Positions 46,986 through 58,700 of a DNA stretch of 64,000 nt are shown in pieces. Under the pieces are notes generated by a model, which was not told where the DNA came from, made no database searches, and saw only the letters and a program-made list of their open reading frames with translations. Positions within the stretch are counted from its first letter, which is position 1. Each line of letters opens with the position of its first letter. The stretch lies in IMG/VR virus record IMGVR_UViG_3300044716_000883, positions 64,001 to 128,000 of that record; one strand, written 5' to 3'. A program made the translations under genes and the position numbers. The stretch is from a virus.

Positions 46986-47052
46986 GCATATGTATACACG
47001 GTACCAACCAAATGCGCGTTTTGCATTTTTTCACCAAAACCCCATTTGAAAC

Positions 47053-47160
47053 ATGGAGCATTTAGCATTCATGCTACACTGGCACTTTTTGTTAGGCGTA
47101 GTAGTTGGTGTAGTGGCAGGCCCACACATCAAAAAATTGGTTTCTAAATTTAAAAAATAA
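47053..47160 (+). CDS. 35-aa single-pass membrane peptide (not in the ORF track)
   Basis: MEHLAFMLHWHFLLGVVVGVVAGPHIKKLVSKFKK: hydrophobic helix plus basic tail. Confidence 0.5.
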   Translation: MEHLAFMLHWHFLLGVVVGVVAGPHIKKLVSKFKK

Positions 47161-47167
47161 ACCAAAT

Positions 47168-47194
47168 GGCCCTCAAGAAATTGAGGGTCTTTTT
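47168..47194 (+). terminator. Intrinsic terminator with GAAA tetraloop
   Basis: GGCCCTCAA-GAAA-TTGAGGGTC-TTTTT. Confidence 0.85.
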
Positions 47195-47225
47195 GTTATA
47201 TTTATATATAACCAAATATAGTTAC

Positions 47226-47894
47226 ATGAAGGAGCCTAATCGCGAGAGAAAAACTGAAATTAAGTCTATAAACGCTCTACAATTAAACGAAGAGCAAAAA
47301 GAGGCAAAAAGATTAATAATTGAAAACCAAGTAGTGGTTATAACGGGTAGAGCAGGAAGTGGTAAGTCATTAGTATGTGCTCAAGCAGCCCTAGATTTTC
47401 TTAAGAAAAAACAAGTTGAGTGTATTTACAATACACGTGCCGCTGTGGAAGTTGGTAAGTCATTAGGATTCTTACCTGGTGATATCAATGGTAAATTTGA
47501 CCCATACATGGAGGCATTACTAGAAAACCTAAACAAATGCTGCTCAGATAAAAAAGAAGTAACTAAACTAGTAGAGGATGGTAAAGTAAAAGCACTACCA
47601 GTCCAGTTCATCCGTGGTAAAACAATTGACGATATTCTGATAGTCGAGGAGGCACAAAACCTAACTAAAGGTGAGATGCTAGCCATATTGACCCGTCTGG
47701 GGAAAACTGGTAAGATTGTTATTAACGGCGACAATGAACAAACCGATATCAACTCCAAAACAGGCGAAATCAACGGCTTAAGTTACGTTATCGAATTATC
47801 CAAAAAACTTGAGGAAATCAAGTGGATTAAGCTGAAGGAGAACCACCGTTCCGATTTAGTAGGTAAGATACTCGAATTTGAATATGGAAAGTAA
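47226..47894 (+). CDS. phoH: PhoH-like ATPase
   Basis: GRAGSGKS, TRAAVE, GFLPGDI..KFDPY, FIRGKT, EEAQN, LTRLG, GDNEQTD, HRS. Confidence 0.93.
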   Translation: MKEPNRERKTEIKSINALQLNEEQKEAKRLIIENQVVVITGRAGSGKSLVCAQAALDFLKKKQVECIYNTRAAVEVGKSLGFLPGDINGKFDPYMEALLENLNKCCSDKKEVTKLVEDGKVKALPVQFIRGKTIDDILIVEEAQNLTKGEMLAILTRLGKTGKIVINGDNEQTDINSKTGEINGLSYVIELSKKLEEIKWIKLKENHRSDLVGKILEFEYGK

Positions 47895-47951
47895 TAACTA
47901 GCCAATATTTATACGTGTTAAATACTACTTAAACAATAAGGAACTCACAAT

Positions 47952-49946
47952 ATGGCAAAAATTGCTCAAAACATTAAAAATCTATATGACGTATATAGTG
48001 GTGATTCTTTTAGATTTTTACCAATCATTGCTGGCAACACTCCATTTGGATATTACGACAATGATACAGAATTTGTAAGAGATGCCAGAAGTGTATGTGG
48101 TTTTGTTGCTATCCATTTAGGAATTGGTGGATTAAAAAAAACACCTATAAACGCTGTCAGTGACATGACAGTACTTGCTACTTTTGAAGAAGCAGTTACC
48201 ACTTATGGTAACATGGTTTACCAATACAAAATTAGAGATAACTATATTAATATGGAAGGTGGTGATACATTACCTTTCATGAATAATACTACCACATTTG
48301 TTGTTAGTGATGATATTAATTCTCCTGTAAGTTGGTCTGCAGCTAGAAATGCAACCTGGAAAGAAATTGAATATGATGTTGCATATTCTCAATCAATTGT
48401 AGATAGTGAAATTTTTGTTATATCATCATCAGTATCTGATTACATTGCTCCTGATTTTGATTATATTAAATCATTTGGTTTTACATCTCCTTATTCTAGT
48501 TCATTATATGGTTTTTTAGATTTAAACCAATATAATAATAACCAATTTAATAGAATTGGTGGACCAACTGTCAGAACTCCTTATTATAATGTTAATAGTG
48601 GATCTTATGATTTTAGTAGCTACACAGCTGCTAATAGTGTGTTTTCAATCACAGGTAGTAATACAGTTAAAATACAATTTAAAATAACAGCATCAACTGA
48701 AACAGATACTGCAACTATATTTTATATTCCAACGGGTAGTACATCAGCTCTTACAGCACAAAATATTGCTAATAAAATAACAAATGTTTCTCTTGGAACT
48801 TTTGGTACAGCAGTAGCAGTAACAACCGGATCTACACCTACAACATTATCATTTACTTCATCCTTATCTCTTAATTACAATATTGCTAATTATAAAGTAA
48901 ATAATACAACAATATTTTCAAATGTAACATCAGGGTCTAATTTTGAAATAACAGAAGGTAATACCTATGTTTATTATTTTCCAACCGATCCTTTAATACA
49001 AGGTGGATCTAATGTATTTGGCACTGACCCAATCCCTACAACATACATCCAATCAAACCTAAACCCAGCATTAAACGATAAAATAATAAGTAATAACTTT
49101 ACTACTATAACATCCGTTATTGCTGATGGTTATGGTGCTGAAGCTGAAGTTGGTGGTAGTTATGATGTTAAAAAAGGGAAATTAGATGTAAAAGCTGGTA
49201 CTCAAGATTATGATTTAAATGCTTGGGCTGCTGTTTCTGCATCATTAAGCGGAAGTGGAGATAGAATTGAAATTAGAAGAATATTTCACGAACAATCACC
49301 TGCAATTGCTCGTTATTTTGATCCATATGCGGGTACAGGTACTGGTATTCAATCATTACTTGAAACATTTGGGTTTGGTCAATTTTCTCCTGGTATTAAT
49401 TTCTTACTAATGCCTATATCGTTTGATGCTATGAAGCTTCAAGCAATTGAATTAAATGATCAAATCAGAAAATCAGGATATTCATTTGATTTAGTAAATA
49501 ATCAATTAAAAATATTCCCTATCCCCGATAGAGATATGAATTATTACTTTGAATATGTTACTATAAGTCAAAAGAATGAAATCATTAGAGACACCAGACC
49601 TAATATTATTGCTGATGTAATGAGTGTTCCTTATAGAAATCCAATCTATATGAACATTAATACTGTTGGTAGAATGTGGATTTTTAAATACACAGCTGCA
49701 TTATGCAAAGAAATAGAAGGTGAATCAGTTTCAAAAATTGATGCTGGTACACCACCACAAACACCTTACTATAAAGGTGGTGAACTAATAGCATCTGCTA
49801 GAACAGAAAAAGAAAATCTAATTAACGAATTAAAGGAAATGTTGAATGAAACATCTCGTAGAAATCAACTAGAAAGAAAACAACTAGAATCACAATATCT
49901 ACGTGATACATTACAACAAGTACCTTTACCAATCTATATATTGTAA
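47952..49946 (+). CDS. Neck/head-tail adaptor protein (gp13-like) with a large central insertion
   Basis: FEEAVTTYGNMV at the N-terminus; YTAALCKEIEG..G.EL..AR.EKE.LI.EL at the C-terminus; position after the MCP. Confidence 0.55.
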   Translation: MAKIAQNIKNLYDVYSGDSFRFLPIIAGNTPFGYYDNDTEFVRDARSVCGFVAIHLGIGGLKKTPINAVSDMTVLATFEEAVTTYGNMVYQYKIRDNYINMEGGDTLPFMNNTTTFVVSDDINSPVSWSAARNATWKEIEYDVAYSQSIVDSEIFVISSSVSDYIAPDFDYIKSFGFTSPYSSSLYGFLDLNQYNNNQFNRIGGPTVRTPYYNVNSGSYDFSSYTAANSVFSITGSNTVKIQFKITASTETDTATIFYIPTGSTSALTAQNIANKITNVSLGTFGTAVAVTTGSTPTTLSFTSSLSLNYNIANYKVNNTTIFSNVTSGSNFEITEGNTYVYYFPTDPLIQGGSNVFGTDPIPTTYIQSNLNPALNDKIISNNFTTITSVIADGYGAEAEVGGSYDVKKGKLDVKAGTQDYDLNAWAAVSASLSGSGDRIEIRRIFHEQSPAIARYFDPYAGTGTGIQSLLETFGFGQFSPGINFLLMPISFDAMKLQAIELNDQIRKSGYSFDLVNNQLKIFPIPDRDMNYYFEYVTISQKNEIIRDTRPNIIADVMSVPYRNPIYMNINTVGRMWIFKYTAALCKEIEGESVSKIDAGTPPQTPYYKGGELIASARTEKENLINELKEMLNETSRRNQLERKQLESQYLRDTLQQVPLPIYIL

Positions 49947-50572
49947 TGAGATTATCATATTACCCTATATTACAATATGGACCTAATGATAAAAGGAAAA
50001 TTGGTCAAGGCCAAACCACAAAAATAGATGATGATATTGTTTTAGATCCCCCAGATCTGGGAGGAACTGGAACCGGAGCCCTAGACCCACCAATTTTATC
50101 CTCATCCTATGACCCAGGCCCTGGAAGTTCAGGCACTGTGCCTACACCACAAGCTGATAGAATATTACTTGGAGTAGTTCAGTATTATAAAATTGATTTG
50201 TATAACACTAAATCAAATCTTTATGGTGAATCAACTGAAAAGTGGTATTACCCCCCATATACTATAAACTGTAACATTGAAAGAAGTGATATTACTTTTA
50301 CAGACACTGAATATGGAGTTGATGAAAATCAAACAATAAATGTATTTGTTACAACAGATGAACTATATAAAAATAACATTACACCAGAAGTTGGAGATAT
50401 ATTTGTAGATGCAGGAAGATACTTTGAAGTAAATGGAGTAAATAAAATACTTACTCCTGATCAGCTTGGAGGATTCCAAACAAACGGATCACCAGTATAT
50501 GTTATAGACTATGTTATAACTGGATATTTAACAAGAACAAGCAAATTAAACTTAGTAAAATATAGCTCATAA
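49946..50572 (+). CDS. Neck/head-closure protein (gp14-like)
   Basis: YYKIDL..SNLYGES, PEVGDIF...YFEV; position. Confidence 0.55.
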   Translation: MRLSYYPILQYGPNDKRKIGQGQTTKIDDDIVLDPPDLGGTGTGALDPPILSSSYDPGPGSSGTVPTPQADRILLGVVQYYKIDLYNTKSNLYGESTEKWYYPPYTINCNIERSDITFTDTEYGVDENQTINVFVTTDELYKNNITPEVGDIFVDAGRYFEVNGVNKILTPDQLGGFQTNGSPVYVIDYVITGYLTRTSKLNLVKYSS

Positions 50573-50913
50573 TGGGATTATTAGGTAAAATATTATTAAA
50601 CGAAGGTATAACCATTTTTAAATGTGATATTCTTGTAAAAACAGCTGCCGATCAAAACAAGGTAGAAATTTACAATGAAATTAGAGCATTAGAAAATGTT
50701 GTGGTTGTTACTATTGAGCAAAGTGATTTCTTAAATAGAAAAGCAACTCCACAACACGAATATTCTTTATTAAAATTAAAGTATATTGGTAGAGGTGATG
50801 CTAAAACATCAATTAAACAAATTGGTATTGATGCTGTAACTAAAAATAGAATACCGGGATTATTGCAATTTATTCCTCGTTATGACACAATTGTTAAAGT
50901 AGGATCTTATTAA
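50572..50913 (+). CDS. Hypothetical protein with MGLLGKILLNE leader
   Basis: Coupled ORF. Confidence 0.55.
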   Translation: MGLLGKILLNEGITIFKCDILVKTAADQNKVEIYNEIRALENVVVVTIEQSDFLNRKATPQHEYSLLKLKYIGRGDAKTSIKQIGIDAVTKNRIPGLLQFIPRYDTIVKVGSY

Positions 50914-50922
50914 AAATAGTAA

Positions 50923-52176
50923 ATGAGAGATAGAAAACCCATACCTAAAAACCAATCTGAAATCACTCAGGCTGCCTTAAATGATGCTTATCTTACTTCA
51001 CGAGGTAAACCAACTATTGACTCTGCTACTCAAAGACACGAGAATAGAGCGTTACAAACTACTCGTAAAACTGATAAGGTAAAAGATATTTCTATTGGTT
51101 TAAAGGATATTGATTACGCTATCAAGTATTATTTTGATAATATCATTAAACCAACAGTAGTACAGGACGGACAAAAAATGGATGTTCCCATTAAATATGC
51201 TTCTCCTGAACGTTGGAAATCAGTACAACAAGATGGATACTATAGAGATACTAATGGTAAATTAGTACTGCCCATTATTATATATAAAAGAGATAATGTT
51301 GAAAAAAACCGTAGTTTAGGTAATAAAATAGATGGTAATGCCGCATCACTATTTCAAGTATTTGAAACTAGATACAACCAAAGAAACCAATACGATAAAT
51401 TTTCTATTTTAAATAATAGAATTCCATCAAAACAATACTATGTTTCTGTTGTACCTGATTATGTAACAATTACTTATTCTGTTTCTATATTTACAAACTA
51501 TGTAGAACAAAACAATAAAATTATTGAAGCAATAGAATTTGCTTCTGATTCATATTGGGGTGATGAAAATAAATGGCATTTTAGAACAACATTAGATAGT
51601 TTCTCTACTACAAACATTATTAACAGCGGTGAAGATAAAGCAGCAGTAACTACTGTTACTTTAAAAGTAAACGGATATTTAATTGCTGATAGTGTTAATA
51701 GTGCTTTAGCAAATACTAATATGCATTATTCACCAGCTCAAGTTGTATTTGGTTTAGAAACTACCCCAGATCTAAAGACTATTTCTCCTAAAACTCAAAT
51801 GCCTGAGAGTAATAGTGCTAGATCAACTTCATTTATTGGAGATGGAGTTAGTATAAGAAATACTATTGTTACTGGTGCCGCTCTTGCTGACTTAACATAT
51901 CTTAACACTAATAAAGCATTACTAGCTACATCAATTACGGCCCCTAATATTATTAATATCGCTGGAGCTAGTATCCTAGACCCCGCTCTTTCATCATCAT
52001 TACCAGCAACAACCATAAATAATTTTATTATTTACGCAAACGGAGTATTAATACCTTCTAGTTTAGCAACACTTGTTCCTTATAGTGGTGGTGTATCTAT
52101 TCAAATCAATATAGCAGCATTAGGATATCCACTACAACCTGATTATCAAGTAATAGTAATAGGTAAATTTCAATAA
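50923..52176 (+). CDS. Tail terminator/sheath stabiliser (gp15-like) with extra C-terminal domain
   Basis: VPIKYASPERW, LPII, PDYVTITYSV.IFT..VEQ.NKIIE. Confidence 0.65.
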   Translation: MRDRKPIPKNQSEITQAALNDAYLTSRGKPTIDSATQRHENRALQTTRKTDKVKDISIGLKDIDYAIKYYFDNIIKPTVVQDGQKMDVPIKYASPERWKSVQQDGYYRDTNGKLVLPIIIYKRDNVEKNRSLGNKIDGNAASLFQVFETRYNQRNQYDKFSILNNRIPSKQYYVSVVPDYVTITYSVSIFTNYVEQNNKIIEAIEFASDSYWGDENKWHFRTTLDSFSTTNIINSGEDKAAVTTVTLKVNGYLIADSVNSALANTNMHYSPAQVVFGLETTPDLKTISPKTQMPESNSARSTSFIGDGVSIRNTIVTGAALADLTYLNTNKALLATSITAPNIINIAGASILDPALSSSLPATTINNFIIYANGVLIPSSLATLVPYSGGVSIQINIAALGYPLQPDYQVIVIGKFQ

Positions 52177-52177
52177 A

Positions 52178-52507
52178 ATGGTAAGTAATAATGTATTAAA
52201 TTTTAATAGCTTCTTTGATACTGATATTCTTTCTTATGTGAATACTAACATAACTAAGACAGCAGATATTGTAACAGCACCAAACAAAGCTATTTTTACT
52301 GGCGCTAGTATACTTTTAGCACCTTCTATTTTACCACCAACATCTATTAGCAATTTTAATTTTTTTATTAACACTCAACATATTCCTTCATCCCAAGTTA
52401 CATTAGCATCTTATGTAGATCGTATAGAAATTACATTTGATACAAATCAAGTAGGTTTTACATTACTACCTAGCGATGAAGTAATAGCAATTGGTAAATT
52501 TCAATAA
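52178..52507 (+). CDS. Stand-alone paralog of the C-terminal domain of 50923..52176
   Basis: Both contain GASIL..LP.T.I.NF...N...IPSS and end V(I/V)xIGKFQ. Confidence 0.7.
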   Translation: MVSNNVLNFNSFFDTDILSYVNTNITKTADIVTAPNKAIFTGASILLAPSILPPTSISNFNFFINTQHIPSSQVTLASYVDRIEITFDTNQVGFTLLPSDEVIAIGKFQ

Positions 52508-52509
52508 CA

Positions 52510-52713
52510 ATGGCATTAATTAGATTAGAACAAATATTATTACCTTTGCGCTACGATAGTGGAAGTGGTGTACTAGAACTTAAAGCGGATGCTGCTAAAA
52601 CTGCTAGCTTTACTGAATTTAGAGTAAGCGGCTCCATTGTATCTTCAGGCTCAGTTTATATTGTACAATCAGGCTCACTAGAAGGTAATCCAGTGGACGG
52701 GGGGTCATTCTAG
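52510..52713 (+). CDS. Small structural protein ending DGGSF
   Basis: ORF; a similar C-terminus (NGGTFP) ends the 7880..12289 protein. Confidence 0.5.
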   Translation: MALIRLEQILLPLRYDSGSGVLELKADAAKTASFTEFRVSGSIVSSGSVYIVQSGSLEGNPVDGGSF

Positions 52714-52782
52714 GTCATATTTATATGCGACTTATATAAGTCGTAGAATCCCGGTATATACCATTAAATAGGATCCATAGAT

Positions 52783-55700
52783 ATGGCAGTAAACATTAAA
52801 TTAAAACGCAGTGCCGTTCCTGGCAACGTTCCTGACACCTCTCAGTTAGAGTTAGGTGAAATAGCTCTTAATACCCACGACGGTAAAGCTTTCTTTAAAC
52901 AAGACGTTAATGGACTACAATCCATTGTAGAATTAGCTTCTTTTACTAGTGGCTCATCAGTCGCTTCAGCATCTTACGCTGCTTACGCTGATTATGCTGC
53001 TAATGCGGGGACCGCCAATACTGCTTCTTATGTTAATAACGCCATATCTTCTTCATTTGCCACAACAGCATCGTATGCTCCTGGATCAGATACAGCCACA
53101 AGTGCTTCTTATGCTGCAACAGCATCATCTGCTAACAATTTTTTAGTAAGAGGTACATTAACTGCTCAAACTATTGTTGCTCAATACATTACCTCTTCAA
53201 CAAGTTTTATTACAGGTTCTACTAAGTTTGGATCAATAATTTCAAATACTCATGAATTTACGGGTAGCATTAGTGTTAGTGGATCATTAGGAATAAATGG
53301 GATTGATTACGGAACAACATCAGCCTCTTTTGATACTCGTATTAATAATAATAGTTCAAGTATAGCAATACTTAGTGCTTCTCTTTTAGGAGAAACCGCA
53401 GCTATTTTTACTATTCTTTCTGGTCAAAGTAGTAGCATAAGTTCTTTAAGTTCTTCATTTTTAGCTTTTAGCAGTTCATATAATACAGGATCATTTAGTG
53501 GTTCCTTTAGTGGTTCCTTGTTTGGAAGTGCTAGTTGGGCTCTAGATGCTGTTGATACTATAAATGCTCCTAGATATACTTTAACATCTTCATTTCAAAA
53601 CTTTACACAATCTTATTATAGTGACAGTGCTTCTGTTAGTACAAGAGTAACAAATTTAGAACAATTTAGCTCTAGCTTAGATGCAACATTCGCAACGGAT
53701 GCTCAATTAAACGATGCTACTGCTTCATTAAGTGGATCTATATCATATCTAAGCGCTAGTTTCTTAATTGATAGTGCCTCATTCAATACTCGTATTAATA
53801 ATAACAGTTCAAGCATTGATTTATTAAGTGGAAGCTATTTGGCTTCAAGTTCATCGTTTGACACTCGCATTATCAATAATAGTTCAAGCATTGGTTTGTT
53901 GAGCGGTAGTTACTTAGCATCCTCCTCTTCATTTGACACTCGCATTATCAACAATAGCTCAAGTATTGCTTTATTAAGTGGTAGTTATTTAGCTGATTCT
54001 TCGTCATTTGATACCCGTATCTTAAACAATAGTTCAAGCATCGGTTTACTAAGCGGAAGTTACTTAGCTTCAAGTGCATCGTTTGACACTCGTATTATTA
54101 ATAACAGTTCTAGCATCGGTTTATTGAGTGGTAGCTATTTGGCTTCAAGTGCATCATTTGACACTCGTATTATTAATAATAGTTCAAGCATTGCTTTATT
54201 AAGTGGCTCTTACTTATCAGATAGTGCCTCTTTCAACACTCGTATTAACAATAATAGCTCTAGTATTGGGTTGTTAAGCGGTAGCTATTTAGCTTCAAGT
54301 GCTTCATTCGATACAAGAATACTTAACAACAGCAGCTCCATTGGATCTCTATCAGGCAGTTTCTTAAGTGTTAGTTCTTCTAACTCAACTAGAATATCTA
54401 ATCTAGAACAATTTAGCTCATCATTAGATACAATATTTGCTACTGATGCTGATTTAAATGCCTTAAGTTCTAGTTTCAATACATTCTCTAGCTCAATTAA
54501 TAGTTGGACTGGTTCTTCAACTTCACAATTTGGAGGTACAGCATCTTATTCTAACACTTCTATAAGTGCTTCTTATGCTGCAACAGCATCCTCAGCAGAT
54601 AACTTTTTAGTAAGAGGAACTCTTACAGCACAAACAATTATAGCCCAATATATTACTTCATCAGTTGAATTTGTAACTGGATCTACACATTTTGGAACAA
54701 CAATTGATAACACACATCAATTTACAGGTAGTGTTAGTATTAGTGGTTCATTAGGAATAAATGGTATTGACTATGCTTCAACATCAGCTTCATTTGATAC
54801 AAGAATATTAAACAATAGTAGTTCTATTGGTTTACTAAGCGGAAGCTACTTGGCTTCTTCTTCATCATTCGATACTCGTATTATCAATAATAGTAGCAGT
54901 ATCGGTCTTTTAAGTGGTAGTTATTTGGCTAGTTCTGCGTCATTTGACACTAGAATTTTAAATAACAGCTCTAGCATTGGTTTGCTAAGCGGCAGTTACT
55001 TAGCTTCAAGCGCATCCTTTGACACTCGTATCTTGAACAATAGTTCAAGTATTGGTTTGCTAAGCGGCAGTTACTTAGCTGATAGTGCTTCATTCGATAC
55101 AAGAATACTTAATAATAGTTCAAGTATAGGGTCTCTATCAGGTAGTTTCTTAAGCGTTAGTTCTTCTAACTCAATAAGAATAACAGACTTAGAAGCATTT
55201 AGTTCATCATTAGATGCAACGTATGCAACTGATGCTCAATTAAATGCAGCTACTGCTTCATTAAGTAGCTCAATAGCAATATTATCTTCTTCATATACTT
55301 CTTTTAGCAGTTCATTCTCTACAGGTTCCTTTACTGGTTCTTTCAATGGAGATTTTACAGGATCATTAAATAATCTACAAGGTACAGCTAGACATATTCC
55401 ATTCTTTAGTTCATCTCAAGTATTGGATGATAGTTCAATATATCAAGTTGGTAATGAAAGTGTTGCTATTAATCAAAATGCTGTTACGTCAGCAGCTCCT
55501 GAAGCATTATATGTTTGGCAACCAAATACATCTTCATTCAATGTAATTAGTGGTAAAGGTAATCTAGATAACTACCTACAATTAAACATCCAGAATACCA
55601 ATCAAGGATCTACAGCATCATCTGACATTGTAGCTACAGCAAATAACGGTAACGAATTTAGTAACTACATTAATATGGGTATCAACAGTGAAAACTTTAG

Positions 55701-58700
55701 TGGTTTTCTTGGTGGGCCTAATGATGCTTATTTATTTTCTACTGGTAGTGAGTTTCATATTGGTAATATCACCCCAGGTAAACACTTAGGTTTCTTTGTA
55801 GGTGGTGGAGATGTAGATACAGGTAATAAATTTGCTTTATATCCTACAAACCAACACCAAATGACTGGTTCATTAGATGTAAGTGGTAGTGTAAAAGCAT
55901 TTTCATTTACTGGTTCTTTATTTGGAACTGCTAGTTGGGCTAATAATGCTATAACAGCATCTTATGCTTTAAATGCTATAAGTGCTTCATTTGCATCAAG
56001 TGGTTTAGGAGTATTTAGTGGATCATTTAGTGGATCATTCTTCGGTAATGGAGGTGGTTTAACAAATATACCTGCTTCAAGCGTTGTAGGATTAAATTTA
56101 TCTCAAATTTCTTCTGGTAGTGTAACTGCTTCTGTAGACCCAGCTTATGGATTTAAAGTAAACAGCAACACAACTATTTCAGGTTCAACCCAAATAACTG
56201 GATCTTTAGGTGTAACAGGATCTGTTAGTATAGCAGGAACAGGTACAGTATTATCCGCTAATGTAGATACAATCGTATTTACAGGTTCATTTGCTCAATC
56301 AGGATCAGTAACAGTAAACGGTAATATTACTTCTACTGGTACTATTACAGCTCAAACATTAAATGTTCAAACTATAACATCATCTGTTAGTTTTATAACA
56401 GGATCATCTAAGTTTGGATCAATAATTTCAAATACACATCAATTTACGGGTAGTATTTTAGTGAGTGGATCTTTAGCTGTTAATGATTCTAACGTTATTT
56501 TAACTAACCAGACATCATCAATGTCTGTGCTAAGTGCTTCATTTGCATCAACCGCATCATATGTTACTTTAGCTCAAACTGCATCATATATTACTTTAGC
56601 TCAAACATCATCTTATGTAACATTAGCTCAAACAGCTTCATACGTAGCAAATGCTCAAACTGCATCTTATGTATTAAATGCTGTAAGTGCTTCATATGCA
56701 TCAAATGCAGATTTACTAGATGGTAAAGACAGTACTATATTTGCAACTACAGGTTCAAATACATTTATAGGCACTCAAATAGTAACTGGAAGTTTATTTA
56801 CTAGTGGATCAAATTCATTAGTAGGAAACACTATATTAGATGGTACTATTGGAATTAACGGAAACTCAACTTTAACAGGTTCATTCCTAGTATCAGGTTC
56901 TACTACTCAAATAGGAAATAATACCCTAATAGGTAATACCTCATTAACAGGCTCATTTAAAATATCAGGTAGCGAGACTGTTACAGGATATATTCAATTT
57001 GAACCTGTAACAACAAACATTGATACATCAATATCTGCTTCATATATTTTTGTAAGTGGATCTACAAAGGACTTATATTTTAGCCAAAATAGTGCTGGAT
57101 ATAGTAATGTAACTCGTTTACGTTGGTTAGAAGGTAATTTATATACTGGTCTATTAAATGGTGGTTTAATTACTACTCAATCTTCTACTGTTTATCAAAT
57201 TGGTAGTGGTAGTGGTATTATTGTAGATTTAAACGCATCATTAAATGATAATCCATACCCAACAATCCAATACTTAAGTTGGGGAAATCTATCAGCTAGT
57301 ATTGCTCCTTTAACAGCATCATATCAACAAGCATTTGTTGGTATTGATTCATCAAACAACATTTACGCTCAAGGAATACCTTTTAGTAATGGTCAGTTTG
57401 ATACTATAATAAACATTGGTAACGTATTATTCCAAAACCAATCTACAATTAATGGTGTTAAAACTCAACCTTCTGTAGCTTATGGTTTTGAACAACAACA
57501 AAATGTATTTAATAGAGCATTCGGACCATTAAAATTATCAGGATATACTTTAGCACCTAGTGGATCTAGTACACGCGGTTTATTAGTAGGAAGTGGTACA
57601 GCTTATTCTCCAGGATCTAACTACGTTATAGATCCAAATGAACCTTATTACACAACTGATTCTGGTACTAGTGTATCAAAAATATTTAGATATTACCAAT
57701 CAGGATCTAGTTGGGTTTATTTAACAAACGCAGGTGCTGGATATACAGCAATTGATCCAACTCAATATTCTAATAATGGTACTTTATCAGGTGTAGCTAA
57801 TGGTGAATGGTCAATCCAACGTGTATTTTGGTTCCCTAACTCCGTTACAAAAGCTATAGTAGTTTATTATGGTAATACAGTATTTGCAACTGAAGCAGAA
57901 GCTATTGCTAATATCAACATAGAATCATTTGTTGAAGCACCTAATACCGCAGCTAACGCTATATATTTAGGTAGTATTGTAATTAAAGGAAATGGTGTGT
58001 TTACTGCACCTACCGAATTTACAATAGTACCTGGAGGCTTATTTAGACAAGTAGGAGGAACTGGTGGTGGTGGTTCGGTAATCACACAAACTCTATCAGG
58101 TTTATCTGATGTATTAATATCAGGCCCTACAAGTGGTCAAGCTTTAGTGTATGATTCTACAGCGGCTAAATGGGAAAATAAATCATTTATTAGTGCTTCT
58201 ATCTCAGGAAATGCTGCAACCGCAACAACTGCATCATACGCAGCAAACGTTCCTGAAACAGCATCTTATGCACTATCTGCCAACTCAGCTTCATACGCTA
58301 TAACGGCTTCATATGTTAGTCCTTACACCGAGATACTTTCAGCATCGTTTGCAACAACAGCGTCATATGTTAGTCCTTATACGACGATAATTTCATCTTC
58401 GTTTGCAACAACAGCATCATTTGCTTCAACTGTTAATTACGATAACCTTATAAGATCAGCTTCATTTGCTGAAACCGCTTCATACGTTAGTCCGTATACA
58501 ACAATAATTTCATCGTCATTCGCAACTACCGCCTCATACGTTAGTCCGTATACAGAAATATTTTCAGCATCGTTTGCAACAACAGCATCATATGCTTCAA
58601 CTGTTAACTATGACAATCTTATAAGATCGGCTTCGTTTGCTGAAACAGCGTCATATGTTAGTCCTTATACAATAATACTATCATCTTCGTTTGCTGAAAC

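Noticed and set aside
53773-55158. Repeated N-S-S as N-glycosylation sequons
   Set aside because: A cytoplasmically assembled phage fibre would not meet an oligosaccharyltransferase, and the Asn fits a coiled-coil core position.
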